IMG/VR virus record: IMGVR_UViG_3300037313_000674
Coordinates: 1 to 47,780 of that record
Length of the DNA stretch: 47,780 bases
Origin: a virus
Direction: 5' to 3' (one strand)
Shown here: positions 7,045-15,427 of the stretch, piece after piece
Numbering within the stretch: the first letter of the stretch is position 1
How the letters are laid out: each line of letters starts with the position of its first letter
Notes under the pieces: model-generated
Seen by the model: only the letters and a program-made list of their open reading frames with translations
Told to the model about the DNA's origin: nothing
The model's database searches: none
Made by a program: the position numbers and the translations under genes

Positions 7045-7073
7045 CTTGCCTTTCGACAAAGACAAGCTATAAG
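7045..7073 (+). promoter_or_regulatory. Sigma-70-type promoter candidate for the rightward early operon
   Basis: CTTGCC-N16-CTATAAG resembles the rhizobial CTTGAC-N17-CTATAT consensus. It lies about 35 nt upstream of the ATG at 7110. Confidence 0.35.
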
Positions 7074-7109
7074 AGCGTTACACATCGACAAATTTTTCGG
7101 AGTTGGCGG

Positions 7110-7322
7110 ATGCCCGAAGATGTCAAGAAGCGCAAGCTCGGCACGGATGAAATGCTACCGCGCCTGGAGCAGGCGATAGAGAAAAGCGGGCTCAGCGCTA
7201 CGGCGTTCGGCTACATGTTCTTCAGCGATCCGACGATCATGAACAAGCTGCGCAACCGCGGCCGGCGGCTTTACAAGCTGCGCGAGGTCGCCGAGAAGGC
7301 TTGCCAGGAGTTCGGCGTATGA
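7110..7322 (+). CDS. Small regulator-like protein (70 aa), in a Cro-like position
   Basis: ATG at 7110 follows GGAGTTGGCGG. The product contains ...LSATAFGYMFFSDPTIMNKLRNRGRR.... It is divergent from the int operon. Confidence 0.6.
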   Translation: MPEDVKKRKLGTDEMLPRLEQAIEKSGLSATAFGYMFFSDPTIMNKLRNRGRRLYKLREVAEKACQEFGV

Positions 7323-7894
7323 CCAGCTATTCTTCAGGCGACCGGGTTCGCGTGCTTCGGGATTTCATGAGCGTTGCCAAGGGTGACATCGTCACTCTTC
7401 GCAGCTATGACGCATGGCACAAAGGTTGGTGGCTCGACGAAATAGCGTGTTGGCTCGCCGAGGAACATTTCGAACACGCTGATAAACCAGCCGTTGCGGT
7501 TGATCACGAAAAAGTGATCGACTATCCGGACGGCAATCCGAAGACGGTTTACGGAATGCAGAAGCCGGCAATGTCAGCGGTTCCGCCACTTGTACTTTTG
7601 CAACTCGGCGGGGTCATGTCGCTCGGCGCCCGCAAATACGGTCGTTTCAACTGGCGCGACAAGAGCGTCACGGCTTCCGTCTATACGGACGCGATCAATC
7701 GCCATTTGCTGCTTTGGGTTGACGGCGAGGAAAATGATCCTGAATCCCGCTGCTCGCATTTGGCGCACATCATGGCCTGCTGTGCCGTTTTGATCGACGC
7801 TGCGGCCAGCGGAAAACTCAACGACGACAGATCGAAAACTAATCAGGTGGCCGAATATATTGACGGCTATGAAGTTAACGCTAATATACCTTAA
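7319..7894 (+). CDS. DUF5664 / dATP-dGTP diphosphohydrolase N-terminal-like domain protein with an extra N-terminal domain
   Basis: KPAMSAVPPLVLLQLGGVMSLGARKYGRFNWRDK...RHLLLWVDGEENDPESRCSHLAHIMACCAVLID matches the family signature as I recall it. There is an ATGA overlap with the upstream gene. Confidence 0.7.
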   Translation: MTSYSSGDRVRVLRDFMSVAKGDIVTLRSYDAWHKGWWLDEIACWLAEEHFEHADKPAVAVDHEKVIDYPDGNPKTVYGMQKPAMSAVPPLVLLQLGGVMSLGARKYGRFNWRDKSVTASVYTDAINRHLLLWVDGEENDPESRCSHLAHIMACCAVLIDAAASGKLNDDRSKTNQVAEYIDGYEVNANIP

Positions 7895-8010
7895 TAGCGG
7901 TTAATTTTCTGATTTTTATCAAAAAATTGGTCTTGTCAAGGGGTTGGGGCGACAGTGGTTTGACTTTTGAAGCGGGTGGGTGTGCGGCGCATTTCGGGGC
8001 GGTATCCGTT

Positions 8011-8049
8011 TTATGCGTCGGTCGGGTGAAAATTATGCGTTGACGCATA
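8011..8049. promoter_or_regulatory. TTATGCGT direct repeat plus the 7-2-7 palindrome TATGCGT-TG-ACGCATA; candidate operator overlapping a TTGACG -35-like hexamer
   Basis: TTATGCGT occurs at 8011-8018 and 8033-8040. The inverted ACGCATA is at 8043-8049. All lie in the 206-nt AT-rich gap upstream of the RuvC gene. Confidence 0.4.
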
Positions 8050-8100
8050 GCATATACAGGTGTAGGAATTTGTTCCTGTAATGTTCTTATGAGGGATTTG

Positions 8101-8553
8101 ATGATGGCGACGATTTTGATGGTTGATCTTGGGACATTAAGCGGGTTCTGCGTCGGCACTGCCGACAATCACATCTCGGGCGTGTGGAATCTCAAGGGCG
8201 GCCGCTACGAAGGCGGCGGCATGAGGTTCGTCCATTTCCGCAAGTACCTCAACGACATCGCGGCGGCGTTCGCCATCGACCAGGTCTACTTCGAAGAAGT
8301 GCGCCGGCATAAGGGCGTCGACGCGGCCCATGTGTATGGCGGCTTGATGGCCGTGCTGACAAGCTGGTGCGAAGAGCGCGGCATTCCGTATAGCGGCCTG
8401 ACGGTCGGCAACATCAAGAAAAACTGGACCGGGCTCGGCAACGCATCGAAAGAAGCGATGATCGAGGTCGCCGAAGACCGGGGCTACCAGCCGAAGGACG
8501 ATAACGAAGCTGATGCCATCGCCGGCTTCCATCTTGGGCTGTCGAAGCTTTAA
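8101..8553 (+). CDS. RuvC-like Holliday junction resolvase (phage type)
   Basis: The acidic catalytic pattern is ILMVDLG...VYFEEV...GGLMAV...IKKNWTGLGNASKEAM...DDNEADAIA. GAGGGA lies upstream of the ATG at 8101/8104. Confidence 0.85.
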   Translation: MMATILMVDLGTLSGFCVGTADNHISGVWNLKGGRYEGGGMRFVHFRKYLNDIAAAFAIDQVYFEEVRRHKGVDAAHVYGGLMAVLTSWCEERGIPYSGLTVGNIKKNWTGLGNASKEAMIEVAEDRGYQPKDDNEADAIAGFHLGLSKL

Positions 8554-8559
8554 TCTCCG

Positions 8560-8590
8560 CGCTGAATTTAGCGAATGAAATTGATCAACA
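8560..8590 (+). promoter_or_regulatory. Degenerate element copy (11/14): CGCTGAATTTAGCGAA...ATCAACA
   Basis: It has the same 17-nt spacing and a TTTAxCGAA extension like the copies at 10453, 14062 and 46727. A further TGTTGAA at 8601-8607 abuts the ATG at 8608. Confidence 0.35.
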
Positions 8591-8607
8591 ATATAGGTGA
8601 TGTTGAA

Positions 8608-9156
8608 ATGAGCGCCGAAGTTTTAACATACGAAATCGCGGCAAAGCTGCTTCGGTACGAACCGGAAACCGGCAAATTATTTTGGCGGTGGCGCCCGGCA
8701 GAGATGTTTACCCGTCGGCGCTGCTGGCTCACCTGGAATACGCGGTACGCTGATCGGGAAGCGTTCACGTCGACAAATGTCCAAGGATATAGGCAAGGAA
8801 GAATTGCACCGATGATGCTGAAAGCTCATCGCGTCGCATGGCTGTTGACCTATGGAGAGTGGCCGGAAACCGGCATCGACCACGTCGACGGCAACCGCCT
8901 GAACAACCGCATTGAAAACCTTCGCCTAGCGCCGCAGCGCGTTAACGCCAAAAATGCAAAGCTCAGCCGCAGCAACACGAGCGGCTGCACGGGAGTGAAC
9001 TGGATCCAACGCGAGCGCAAGTGGCGCGCACACGCCAAGGTCGACGGCCACGATATCCATCTCGGCTATTTCAGTAATTTCGACGACGCGGTTGCCGCTC
9101 GCCGGGAAGCCAACATGCTTTATGGTTTTACCGAGCGCCACGGGACGGCAGCATGA
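8608..9156 (+). CDS. HNH endonuclease with a C-terminal AP2 DNA-binding domain (homing-endonuclease type)
   Basis: The sequence contains AHRVAWLLTYGEWPETGIDHVDGNRLNNRIENLR (HNH_3) and SGCTGVNWIQRERKWRAHAKVDGHDIHLGYFSNFDDAVAARREA (AP2). AGGTGA lies 8 nt before the ATG at 8608. Confidence 0.85.
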   Translation: MSAEVLTYEIAAKLLRYEPETGKLFWRWRPAEMFTRRRCWLTWNTRYADREAFTSTNVQGYRQGRIAPMMLKAHRVAWLLTYGEWPETGIDHVDGNRLNNRIENLRLAPQRVNAKNAKLSRSNTSGCTGVNWIQRERKWRAHAKVDGHDIHLGYFSNFDDAVAARREANMLYGFTERHGTAA

Positions 9157-10451
9157 GCGCGCTCTACCCCTACCAGGTCGAAGGTTCCGAATGGCTAGCC
9201 GAGCGAAAGCGGGCCATGTTGGCGGATGACATGGGCCTCGGGAAATCGGCGCAGTTGATCAGCGCCTGCGATCTCGTCTTCGCCGTCGACGTGCTGGTTA
9301 TATGCCCCGCATCGATCGTCGCCAATTGGCAGCGTGAGATCGAGATGTGGCGGGTCGGCCAATGGACGGCCACGGTCGTCAGCTATGAAGGCATGCGCGC
9401 CCGGCATGAAGAATTTATGGCCAAGCGCTGGAGCGTCCTTGCGGTGGACGAAGCTCATTACATGAAGAGCCCGACCGCCAAGCGCACGCTGGCCGTCTAC
9501 GGCGACACGACAGGCATTATTCGGGAGTTTGAAGGGCTCGTCGACCGGGCCGAATATGTTTGGGTTGCCACCGGGACGCCTCAGCCTAATTTTCCGAATG
9601 AGCTTTACACGCATTTCAAGGCCCTGCGGCCGGACTTGATCGTCGGGCCACGCTCGGGCCGGGTCTACACGCACGAGCAATTCAATTCGCATTTTTGTGA
9701 AATGAGGCCGGCCTTCCAGGGCATGAAGATCGTCGGTTCCAAGAACGAAACGGAGTTAGCCGTCAAGCTTTCGCGATTGGCCCTCCGGCGATTGAAGGAA
9801 AGCGTTCTGCCCGAGCTGCCCGAAGTCCGATTCAGCGAATTCGTCGTCGACGCCGACCTGACCGATGTCGATCTCGGCATCAATCCGATCGAGGCGAAGA
9901 TGATCAAGGTCGTGCTCGAGCGCGACGGCGTGGCCGGACTGAAGTCGGCCGTGACGCATCTGGCGTCGCTCCGCAGAGTGACGGGATTGGCCAAGGTCAA
10001 GGCCGTCGCCGAGTATATCAGGATGTTCCTCGAAACGACCGATCGCAAGATCGTGGTCTTCGCGCACCATACCGAAGTGATCGCCGCGCTGCGCAAGCAG
10101 CGTGGGCTGCAGGGCGCCGTGGCGCTGACCGGCGCGACGAAGATCGGGGAACGCGGCGAAGTCGTCAGGGAGTTTCAGTCCAACCCGAACATCCGGGTTT
10201 TCTTCGGCCAGATCCAGGCAGCGGGAACCGGCAACACATTGACCGCGGCGTCCGACCTGCTGTTCGTCGAATCTTCGTGGGTTCCGGCGGAGAATGCTCA
10301 AGCTGCCATGCGGATCCACCGGATCGGGCAGAAATCGCTGTGCAACGTCCGTTACGCCGTGCTGCCAAAGTCTGTCGACGGGCTGGTGATGCGCGCGGTC
10401 ATGCGTAAGAGCGAGAGTATCGCGAAAGTGATGGGCGAAGCTACGCCCTGA
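9153..10451 (+). CDS. SNF2/RAD54-family helicase
   Basis: Motifs seen are DDMGLGKS (I), AVDEAHYMK (II), IQAAGTGNTLTAAS (V) and RIHRIGQ (VI). Confidence 0.9.
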   Translation: MSALYPYQVEGSEWLAERKRAMLADDMGLGKSAQLISACDLVFAVDVLVICPASIVANWQREIEMWRVGQWTATVVSYEGMRARHEEFMAKRWSVLAVDEAHYMKSPTAKRTLAVYGDTTGIIREFEGLVDRAEYVWVATGTPQPNFPNELYTHFKALRPDLIVGPRSGRVYTHEQFNSHFCEMRPAFQGMKIVGSKNETELAVKLSRLALRRLKESVLPELPEVRFSEFVVDADLTDVDLGINPIEAKMIKVVLERDGVAGLKSAVTHLASLRRVTGLAKVKAVAEYIRMFLETTDRKIVVFAHHTEVIAALRKQRGLQGAVALTGATKIGERGEVVREFQSNPNIRVFFGQIQAAGTGNTLTAASDLLFVESSWVPAENAQAAMRIHRIGQKSLCNVRYAVLPKSVDGLVMRAVMRKSESIAKVMGEATP

Positions 10452-10452
10452 A

Positions 10453-10483
10453 TGTTGAATTTAACGAACCAAAATCTTCAACA
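10453..10483 (+). promoter_or_regulatory. Perfect element copy TGTTGAA-N17-TTCAACA
   Basis: The sequence is TGTTGAATTTAACGAACCAAAATCTTCAACA. It lies in the 50-nt gap upstream of the ATG at 10502. Confidence 0.6.
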
Positions 10484-10501
10484 AGAGAAAGGCCGACTAA
10501 A

Positions 10502-11122
10502 ATGAACATCAAGCTTGAAATCACCGCCGACAGTGCAGACCAAGTGCTCGAAACCCTTCGGGCGCTGTCGGCGACGACGGTCATCCAGGCCGCGCAGTAC
10601 CAGGGGGCCGTCGTCAACGCTACCGAAGCCGCGGCCAAGGCCGAAGCCGAGCAGCCCAAGTCGGCCCGTGGCCGCAAGGCCAGCAACGTCGTCTCGCTCG
10701 CCGACGCTAAGGTTGAGTCGAACCCCTCTTACAGAACGCCGGAACAGATCGGCAAGGACGCGATCGAGGCGGCTGATAAGTTCGTGGAAGCAGTCGAAGA
10801 CCCCAAGGCGGATGCCAAAGCCGCCGACCTCGCCGAGAGCCTGGAGGAAGAGTCCACGCCGCCGAAGCCCGAGCTGAGCGTCGACCTAGTACGCAAATAC
10901 GCGGTCAAGACGGTCAACGAACTAGCCAAGGCGTCCGGCGCCACCGACGCGGCGGGCATGCAGAGCAAGGCCCGCGAAGCCTTCAACGAGATGCTGAAGC
11001 ATTTCGGCAAGGAGAAGTTCACGGAGATCGACGCCGGCAAGATGGGCGAAGTCCACGATTGGCTGGTCGCCAAGCGCGCTTCGGCTTCTTTGCCGGCGCT
11101 CGACATCGCAACTCTGGTGTGA
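10502..11122 (+). CDS. Acidic, alanine-rich hypothetical protein (206 aa)
   Basis: The ORF is long and shows GC3-rich codon usage. It is preceded by AGAGAAAGG. No motif was recognised. Confidence 0.7.
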   Translation: MNIKLEITADSADQVLETLRALSATTVIQAAQYQGAVVNATEAAAKAEAEQPKSARGRKASNVVSLADAKVESNPSYRTPEQIGKDAIEAADKFVEAVEDPKADAKAADLAESLEEESTPPKPELSVDLVRKYAVKTVNELAKASGATDAAGMQSKAREAFNEMLKHFGKEKFTEIDAGKMGEVHDWLVAKRASASLPALDIATLV

Positions 11123-11132
11123 GGTGGCGGCT

Positions 11133-11342
11133 ATGTCCTATCTTTTTGGATATGCGTCGGTGCTGCTCAGGCTTCAGGATATCGATTTTTCGTTCCTAAC
11201 TCCGACGCGTCGTTACGGGCCAGGTCGCAAGGCGAACGTGATCAAGACAGGCAAGGTCTACCCGCATTCGTCGACCCGGCAGCGCGCCCATTACGCTCGC
11301 CAGATCGCGGCCGGCCAGTTGAAGATGGCGGGTACGCCATGA
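11133..11342 (+). CDS. Hypothetical protein (69 aa)
   Basis: ATG is at 11133, with an alternative GTG at 11124. There is an ATGA overlap with the next gene. Confidence 0.5.
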   Translation: MSYLFGYASVLLRLQDIDFSFLTPTRRYGPGRKANVIKTGKVYPHSSTRQRAHYARQIAAGQLKMAGTP

Positions 11343-11566
11343 GCAAGGAGGCTTTGAAGCGCGCATTTGATGCCGGCGTGCTCGTGGGAAAATGCCGGGT
11401 AACGGACGAAAGCGCGTCCTTTGAAAAATGGTGGCAGGAGCAGGTCGCCGCGTTCCAGAACAGTCGTCCGCCGGCAAGACGCGATGTATATCTAACCTTC
11501 GATGCGGATGTCGAGCGCTACATGACCGGGGGTGACAAGTATTATGACCAAGACCGCCCACTCTGA
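11339..11566 (+). CDS. Hypothetical protein (75 aa)
   Basis: The ORF is coupled to both neighbours. No motif was recognised. Confidence 0.55.
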   Translation: MSKEALKRAFDAGVLVGKCRVTDESASFEKWWQEQVAAFQNSRPPARRDVYLTFDADVERYMTGGDKYYDQDRPL

Positions 11567-12860
11567 CCGCGCCCACGCCACGCTCGCGCCATCTGCCGCC
11601 CATCGATGGATGGTCTGCCCCGGCTCGGTCGTGCTCGAACAGGGCTTTCCGAACACCACGTCGGTTTATGCCGCCGAAGGCACGGCTGCTCACGAACTGG
11701 CGGCGTGGTGTCTCTCAAACGACGAAGAGCCCGAAGAACATCTTGGGCTCTATGTCGACATCCGCGCCGAGCATGGCAACGTGCTGGTGGACCTCGGCGC
11801 GGATGACGAACAGGTGATGGAAGACAACCGCTATTTCGTCATCGACGACGACATGGTGGCCGCCGTCACCGTCTACACCGACTTCGTGCGCGGCTTGCTC
11901 AAGCAGTCGAAGGACTACGAGATGCATGTCGAACAGCGTCTCGACGGCACGCACCTGCATCCGGAGATATTCGGGACCGGCGACTTCACCGGCTATTCCG
12001 AAGAACTGCGGCTGCTCGACGTGGTCGACTACAAGCACGGCAAGGGCCACAGCGTCGATGTCAGCGAAAACCCGCAACTGATGCTCTACGGGGCTCTGAC
12101 GGTCCAGCGGTTCCACAATCGGCCGGTCGAGAAGATCCGGCTGCATATCGTGCAACCGCGGGCCGGCGGCAAGCAGATCAAGACCGCCGAATACGACCTT
12201 TTCGACGTGTACGAGTTCGAGAATGCGATCGTGGCGGCTGCTGGCCGCGTAGATGAAGCCGAAGCAGCATTGGATGAGTTTAACGTCAAGGAAACCCCTT
12301 GGCAAAACGCGTACCTGACTGCTGGCGAGCACTGCAAGTTCTGCCGTGCGCTCGCCACCTGCCCCGCTGCCCGAGCCAACGCCCTCGAAACCGCCAAGGC
12401 GGAATTCGATGTCGAAGGCGAAATGGCCCTGCCGGCCATCAGCAAGATGACCAGCGAAGAACTGGCCGACCTGCTGCTCAAGGCCGACACGATCCTGACA
12501 TGGGCGAAAGCCGTGCAGAAGCACGCCCACGAAGAAGCCTGTCTCGGCCGCATGCCGGTCGGCTTCAAGCTGGTGGCCAAGCGCGCCACCCGCAAATGGC
12601 GCGACGACGATCTCGCCGTCAAGCAGCTCGGCCAGGTGCTTCTCAGGAAAGACCTGTTCGAAGAGCCGAAGCTGAAGAGCCCGGCGAAGGTCGAAAAGCT
12701 GCTCAAGCCCAAGCCGTTCGCGGCGTGGGTCGAGAAGAACACGCACGACGGGGTCGGCCCCGTCGTCAGCCAATCGTCCGGCACGAACCTTGTGCCGGTC
12801 AGCGATCCGCGTCCGGCGGTCAAGGCGGACGCGGCGAGTGAATTCGAAGCGGTCGAATAG
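11544..12860 (+). CDS. DUF2800 / PD-(D/E)XK Cas4-like nuclease
   Basis: The sequence contains LAPSAAHRWMVCPGS, VVDYKHGKG, ENPQLMLYG and a C-terminal CKFCRALATCPA cysteine cluster. It shows synteny with DUF2815 and PolA. Confidence 0.85.
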   Translation: MTKTAHSDRAHATLAPSAAHRWMVCPGSVVLEQGFPNTTSVYAAEGTAAHELAAWCLSNDEEPEEHLGLYVDIRAEHGNVLVDLGADDEQVMEDNRYFVIDDDMVAAVTVYTDFVRGLLKQSKDYEMHVEQRLDGTHLHPEIFGTGDFTGYSEELRLLDVVDYKHGKGHSVDVSENPQLMLYGALTVQRFHNRPVEKIRLHIVQPRAGGKQIKTAEYDLFDVYEFENAIVAAAGRVDEAEAALDEFNVKETPWQNAYLTAGEHCKFCRALATCPAARANALETAKAEFDVEGEMALPAISKMTSEELADLLLKADTILTWAKAVQKHAHEEACLGRMPVGFKLVAKRATRKWRDDDLAVKQLGQVLLRKDLFEEPKLKSPAKVEKLLKPKPFAAWVEKNTHDGVGPVVSQSSGTNLVPVSDPRPAVKADAASEFEAVE

Positions 12861-12881
12861 GCCATAACCTGGAGAAGACTG

Positions 12882-13514
12882 ATGTCTGATGCATTGATGA
12901 AAGCCAAAATCTCGGAAAAGACGGGCAACGTCGTCATGTGCAAGATGCGCATGATGTACGCCAACCTGATCACGCCCGGCTTCCCGTCGAAGAACGAACG
13001 CCGGCCCGAGAAGAAGCAGTGGCAGGTGACGGGGCTCATTCCCGTCGGGTCCGACGTGAAGGTGCTCGAAGAAGAGATCGAGCGCGTGATCAAGGACAAC
13101 CTCACCCCGGCGCAGCGGGCGAAGACCAAGATCGAGAGCCCGATCAAGGAAACCGCCAAGAACGCGACCCTGGCGGCACTGGCGGAGGAATACCCCTATT
13201 TCATCCGCACGTCGGCGAAGTGCTTCGATCGCTCGGGCAAGCCCCGGCCGCGTCCCGATGTCGTCGACAACAAGGGCAATACCGTGCCCGAGATCGAGGA
13301 AGCCGACCAGCTTTACAATGGCCGGTGGTTCCGCCCGTCGCTGCAGCCATACTGGTACGACAACGAGAACCAGGGCGTCAGCCTCGGGCTCGCCAACGTC
13401 CAGCTTCTGGCCCATGCCGAGCCGTTGGCCGGCGGCAAGGCGTCGGCTTCCGCGGATTTCGAGCCGGTCGAGGACGAAGACCTCGCCGAGCTTGAAGATT
13501 CGGCTTTCGAGTGA
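12882..13514 (+). CDS. DUF2815 phage ssDNA-binding protein
   Basis: It lies between DUF2800 and PolA. The sequence has YANLITP... and an acidic SSB-like tail (EDEDLAELEDSAFE). Confidence 0.78.
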   Translation: MSDALMKAKISEKTGNVVMCKMRMMYANLITPGFPSKNERRPEKKQWQVTGLIPVGSDVKVLEEEIERVIKDNLTPAQRAKTKIESPIKETAKNATLAALAEEYPYFIRTSAKCFDRSGKPRPRPDVVDNKGNTVPEIEEADQLYNGRWFRPSLQPYWYDNENQGVSLGLANVQLLAHAEPLAGGKASASADFEPVEDEDLAELEDSAFE

Positions 13515-13524
13515 GGGCTGACCA

Positions 13525-13749
13525 ATGGCCTGTAACTGCATCGAAGTCGTCGACCAGAAGCTGAAGGAGCGGAACACGCGTCTTCAGGCCACGATCATCT
13601 TTTCCGATCCGATGCGGCACACCGTATCGCTCGGGACAGAACAACTCGAAAAGGGCCGCGGGAAGGCTAAGGCGGTGGCGATGCTACCAACCTTCTGCCC
13701 GTTCTGCGGCGTGCGTTATGTCGAAGCGGAGGCTAAAACCGATGGCTGA
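13525..13749 (+). CDS. Small Cys-containing protein (74 aa), zinc-ribbon-like
   Basis: The cysteines form the pattern CNC...CPFC. The ORF is coupled to the downstream gene. Confidence 0.55.
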   Translation: MACNCIEVVDQKLKERNTRLQATIIFSDPMRHTVSLGTEQLEKGRGKAKAVAMLPTFCPFCGVRYVEAEAKTDG

Positions 13750-14026
13750 CATCGATCCCGAAGCACCGACCTCGGACGGCAAGCCCCGCCCGAACAACAT
13801 CGCCGGCCAGGAACTGTCGCAGTTCATAGACCGTATCGAGCGCCTGGAGACGGAAATTCAGGGGCTCAAGGGCGACAAGTCCGATATCTACGGCGAAGCT
13901 AAGGGCTGCGGCTACGACACCCGCACGATCCGCAAGATCGTCGCCCTTCGCAAGAAGGACGCCGACGAGCGGCGCGAGGAAGAAGACCTGCTCGACGCCT
14001 ACCTGCATGCGATCGGCATGATCTGA
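13742..14026 (+). CDS. GapR-like / DUF2312 (UPF0335) DNA-binding protein
   Basis: LSQFIDRIERLETEIQGLKGDKSDIYGEAKGCGYDTRTIRKIVALRKKDADERREEEDLLDAYLHAIGM closely follows the GapR/DUF2312 pattern. Confidence 0.85.
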   Translation: MADIDPEAPTSDGKPRPNNIAGQELSQFIDRIERLETEIQGLKGDKSDIYGEAKGCGYDTRTIRKIVALRKKDADERREEEDLLDAYLHAIGMI

Positions 14027-14061
14027 ATCTGTCGCGGCCGGCGGTTCGCTGTCGGCCGCGA

Positions 14062-14092
14062 TGTTGAATTTAACGAAGGAGATTTATCGACA
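14062..14092 (+). promoter_or_regulatory. Element copy (12/14): TGTTGAATTTAACGAAGGAGATTTATCGACA
   Basis: The RBS GAAGGAG lies in the spacer. The right half-site ends on the A of the ATG at 14092. Confidence 0.5.
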
Positions 14093-14250
14093 TGAGCTAC
14101 GTTTCCGTTGGTATCGGCACAGTGATCGGCCATCTCGCTCTCGCATATTTCAATGGCCAGGATTGGCATCTTGCGACAGTCCATTCGATCGTTGGCGGCA
14201 CCGCGCTCATGGCGCACGCCATCGTGACGGCTACCGTGTTTCGCCGCTGA
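14092..14250 (+). CDS. Small hydrophobic protein (52 aa)
   Basis: GAAGGAG lies upstream. The product is MSYVSVGIGTVIGHLALAYF...GGTALMAHAIVTATVF. This call replaces the N-terminal part of ORF-track entry 14061-14447. Confidence 0.4.
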   Translation: MSYVSVGIGTVIGHLALAYFNGQDWHLATVHSIVGGTALMAHAIVTATVFRR

Positions 14251-14252
14251 AC

Positions 14253-14447
14253 ATGTTTCCCGTCCCCGCCAACCTCGCCGGCCTGACGCTCTATCCGACC
14301 CCTGACGGCCGGTGGCAGGCCGCCGTCACCGTCGACCGCATCGGCTGGCGCGTGGCGGTGGACGCCGACCCGTGGGCGGCTGTGACTGCCGCTTTGGGGC
14401 TGTTGATCGAGGATGCGGTCGACGTGGATTTGGAGGACTTGCTTTGA
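14253..14447 (+). CDS. Hypothetical protein (64 aa)
   Basis: The product begins [25 protein letters not shown].... Its stop overlaps the methyltransferase TTG start. Confidence 0.5.
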   Translation: MFPVPANLAGLTLYPTPDGRWQAAVTVDRIGWRVAVDADPWAAVTAALGLLIEDAVDVDLEDLL

Positions 14448-15427
14448 TTCTGATCGGCGACAGTCTGGAGACATTGAAGACGCTGCCAACCGAGAGCGTG
14501 CATTGCTGCGTCACTTCCCCGCCATATTGGGGGCTGCGCGATTATGATGTCGACGGCCAGATCGGGCTGGAGCCTTCGCTCGGGTTGCATCTTCAGGCAC
14601 TGGTCGACGTGTTCGAGGAAGTGCGGCGTGTGCTGCGCAAGGACGGCACGCTTTGGCTGAACTACGGTGACGCATACGCATCGGCGCCAAATGGCCGGTC
14701 GGCGGCCGACACGAAGGCCGCAGGCAATGACGATCGGACGTTCATGGACAAGCCCATTTCGACGGTCGGCGGGGTTTTGAAGCCGAAAGATCGGATGATG
14801 CTGCCGGCACGCGTGGCGATTGCGCTTCAGGAAAGCGGCTGGTGGCTGCGCGACGAAATCATTTGGCACAAGCCGAACCCAATGCCGAGCAGCGTGCGCG
14901 ACCGCACCACGCCAGCGCACGAGATGATCTATTTACTGAGCAAGTCGGCCAAGTATTTTTATGATTTTGAAGCCATTAGAGAGCCCGCCAGTTCTGCAAA
15001 ACCGTCGGGACCGAATTCGTATCTAAATGTCGATCACGTGCCGCGAAGCCGAAAACTAAAAGTGCCGGGCGGTTGGGACAAAGGCGATGGCGCGCACGGC
15101 ACCATTCATCGCGACGGACGCACTGAAGCGGAATACGTCGAAGCTGAAATCAGCCCGTGGAAGAACAAGCGCTCCGTTTGGACGATTGCGCCCAAGCCCT
15201 TTCCTGAAGCCCATTTCGCCACCTTCCCGCCAGACCTGATCGAGCCCTGCATCAAAGCGGGCTGCCCTGTCGGCGGCGTCGTTCTCGACCCATTCTTCGG
15301 CGCCGGCACGACCGGGCTCGTGGCGGCCAGGCTCGGCCGCCAATTCATCGGCATCGAACTGAACCCCAAATACGCGGCCATCGCCGAGCACCGCATTTTC
15401 GCCGATGCGTTGGGAGATTTGCTATGA
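14444..15427 (+). CDS. DNA methyltransferase, N-4/N-6 family (beta class) with an SPPY catalytic motif
   Basis: The sequence has [13 protein letters not shown] (motif IV) and then [12 protein letters not shown] (motif I). The start is a probable TTG at 14444, 6 nt after GGAGGA. Target base (m4C or m6A) is undetermined. Confidence 0.85.
   Translation: MILIGDSLETLKTLPTESVHCCVTSPPYWGLRDYDVDGQIGLEPSLGLHLQALVDVFEEVRRVLRKDGTLWLNYGDAYASAPNGRSAADTKAAGNDDRTFMDKPISTVGGVLKPKDRMMLPARVAIALQESGWWLRDEIIWHKPNPMPSSVRDRTTPAHEMIYLLSKSAKYFYDFEAIREPASSAKPSGPNSYLNVDHVPRSRKLKVPGGWDKGDGAHGTIHRDGRTEAEYVEAEISPWKNKRSVWTIAPKPFPEAHFATFPPDLIEPCIKAGCPVGGVVLDPFFGAGTTGLVAARLGRQFIGIELNPKYAAIAEHRIFADALGDLL

Noticed and set aside
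10453-10483. The TGTTGAA-N17-TTCAACA element could be read as a -35/-10 promoter pair, for example for the phage ECF sigma. TTGAAT/C with a 17-nt spacer and TCAACA loosely recalls GGAAC...TCAAA-type promoters.
   Set aside because: This is not excluded but is considered less likely. The core is a palindrome. In copies 14062 and 46727 the RBS lies in the spacer and the start codon in the right arm, so a transcript starting downstream of the '-10' could not express the adjacent gene. No copy lies immediately upstream of the sigma gene itself.
14061-14447. A single 128-aa ORF from the ORF track.
   Set aside because: Its N-terminal two-thirds is Arg/His-rich and starts inside the regulatory element. 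The region is better explained by a 52-aa ORF (14092-14250) with an RBS, followed by a 64-aa ORF (14253-14447) in the track frame.
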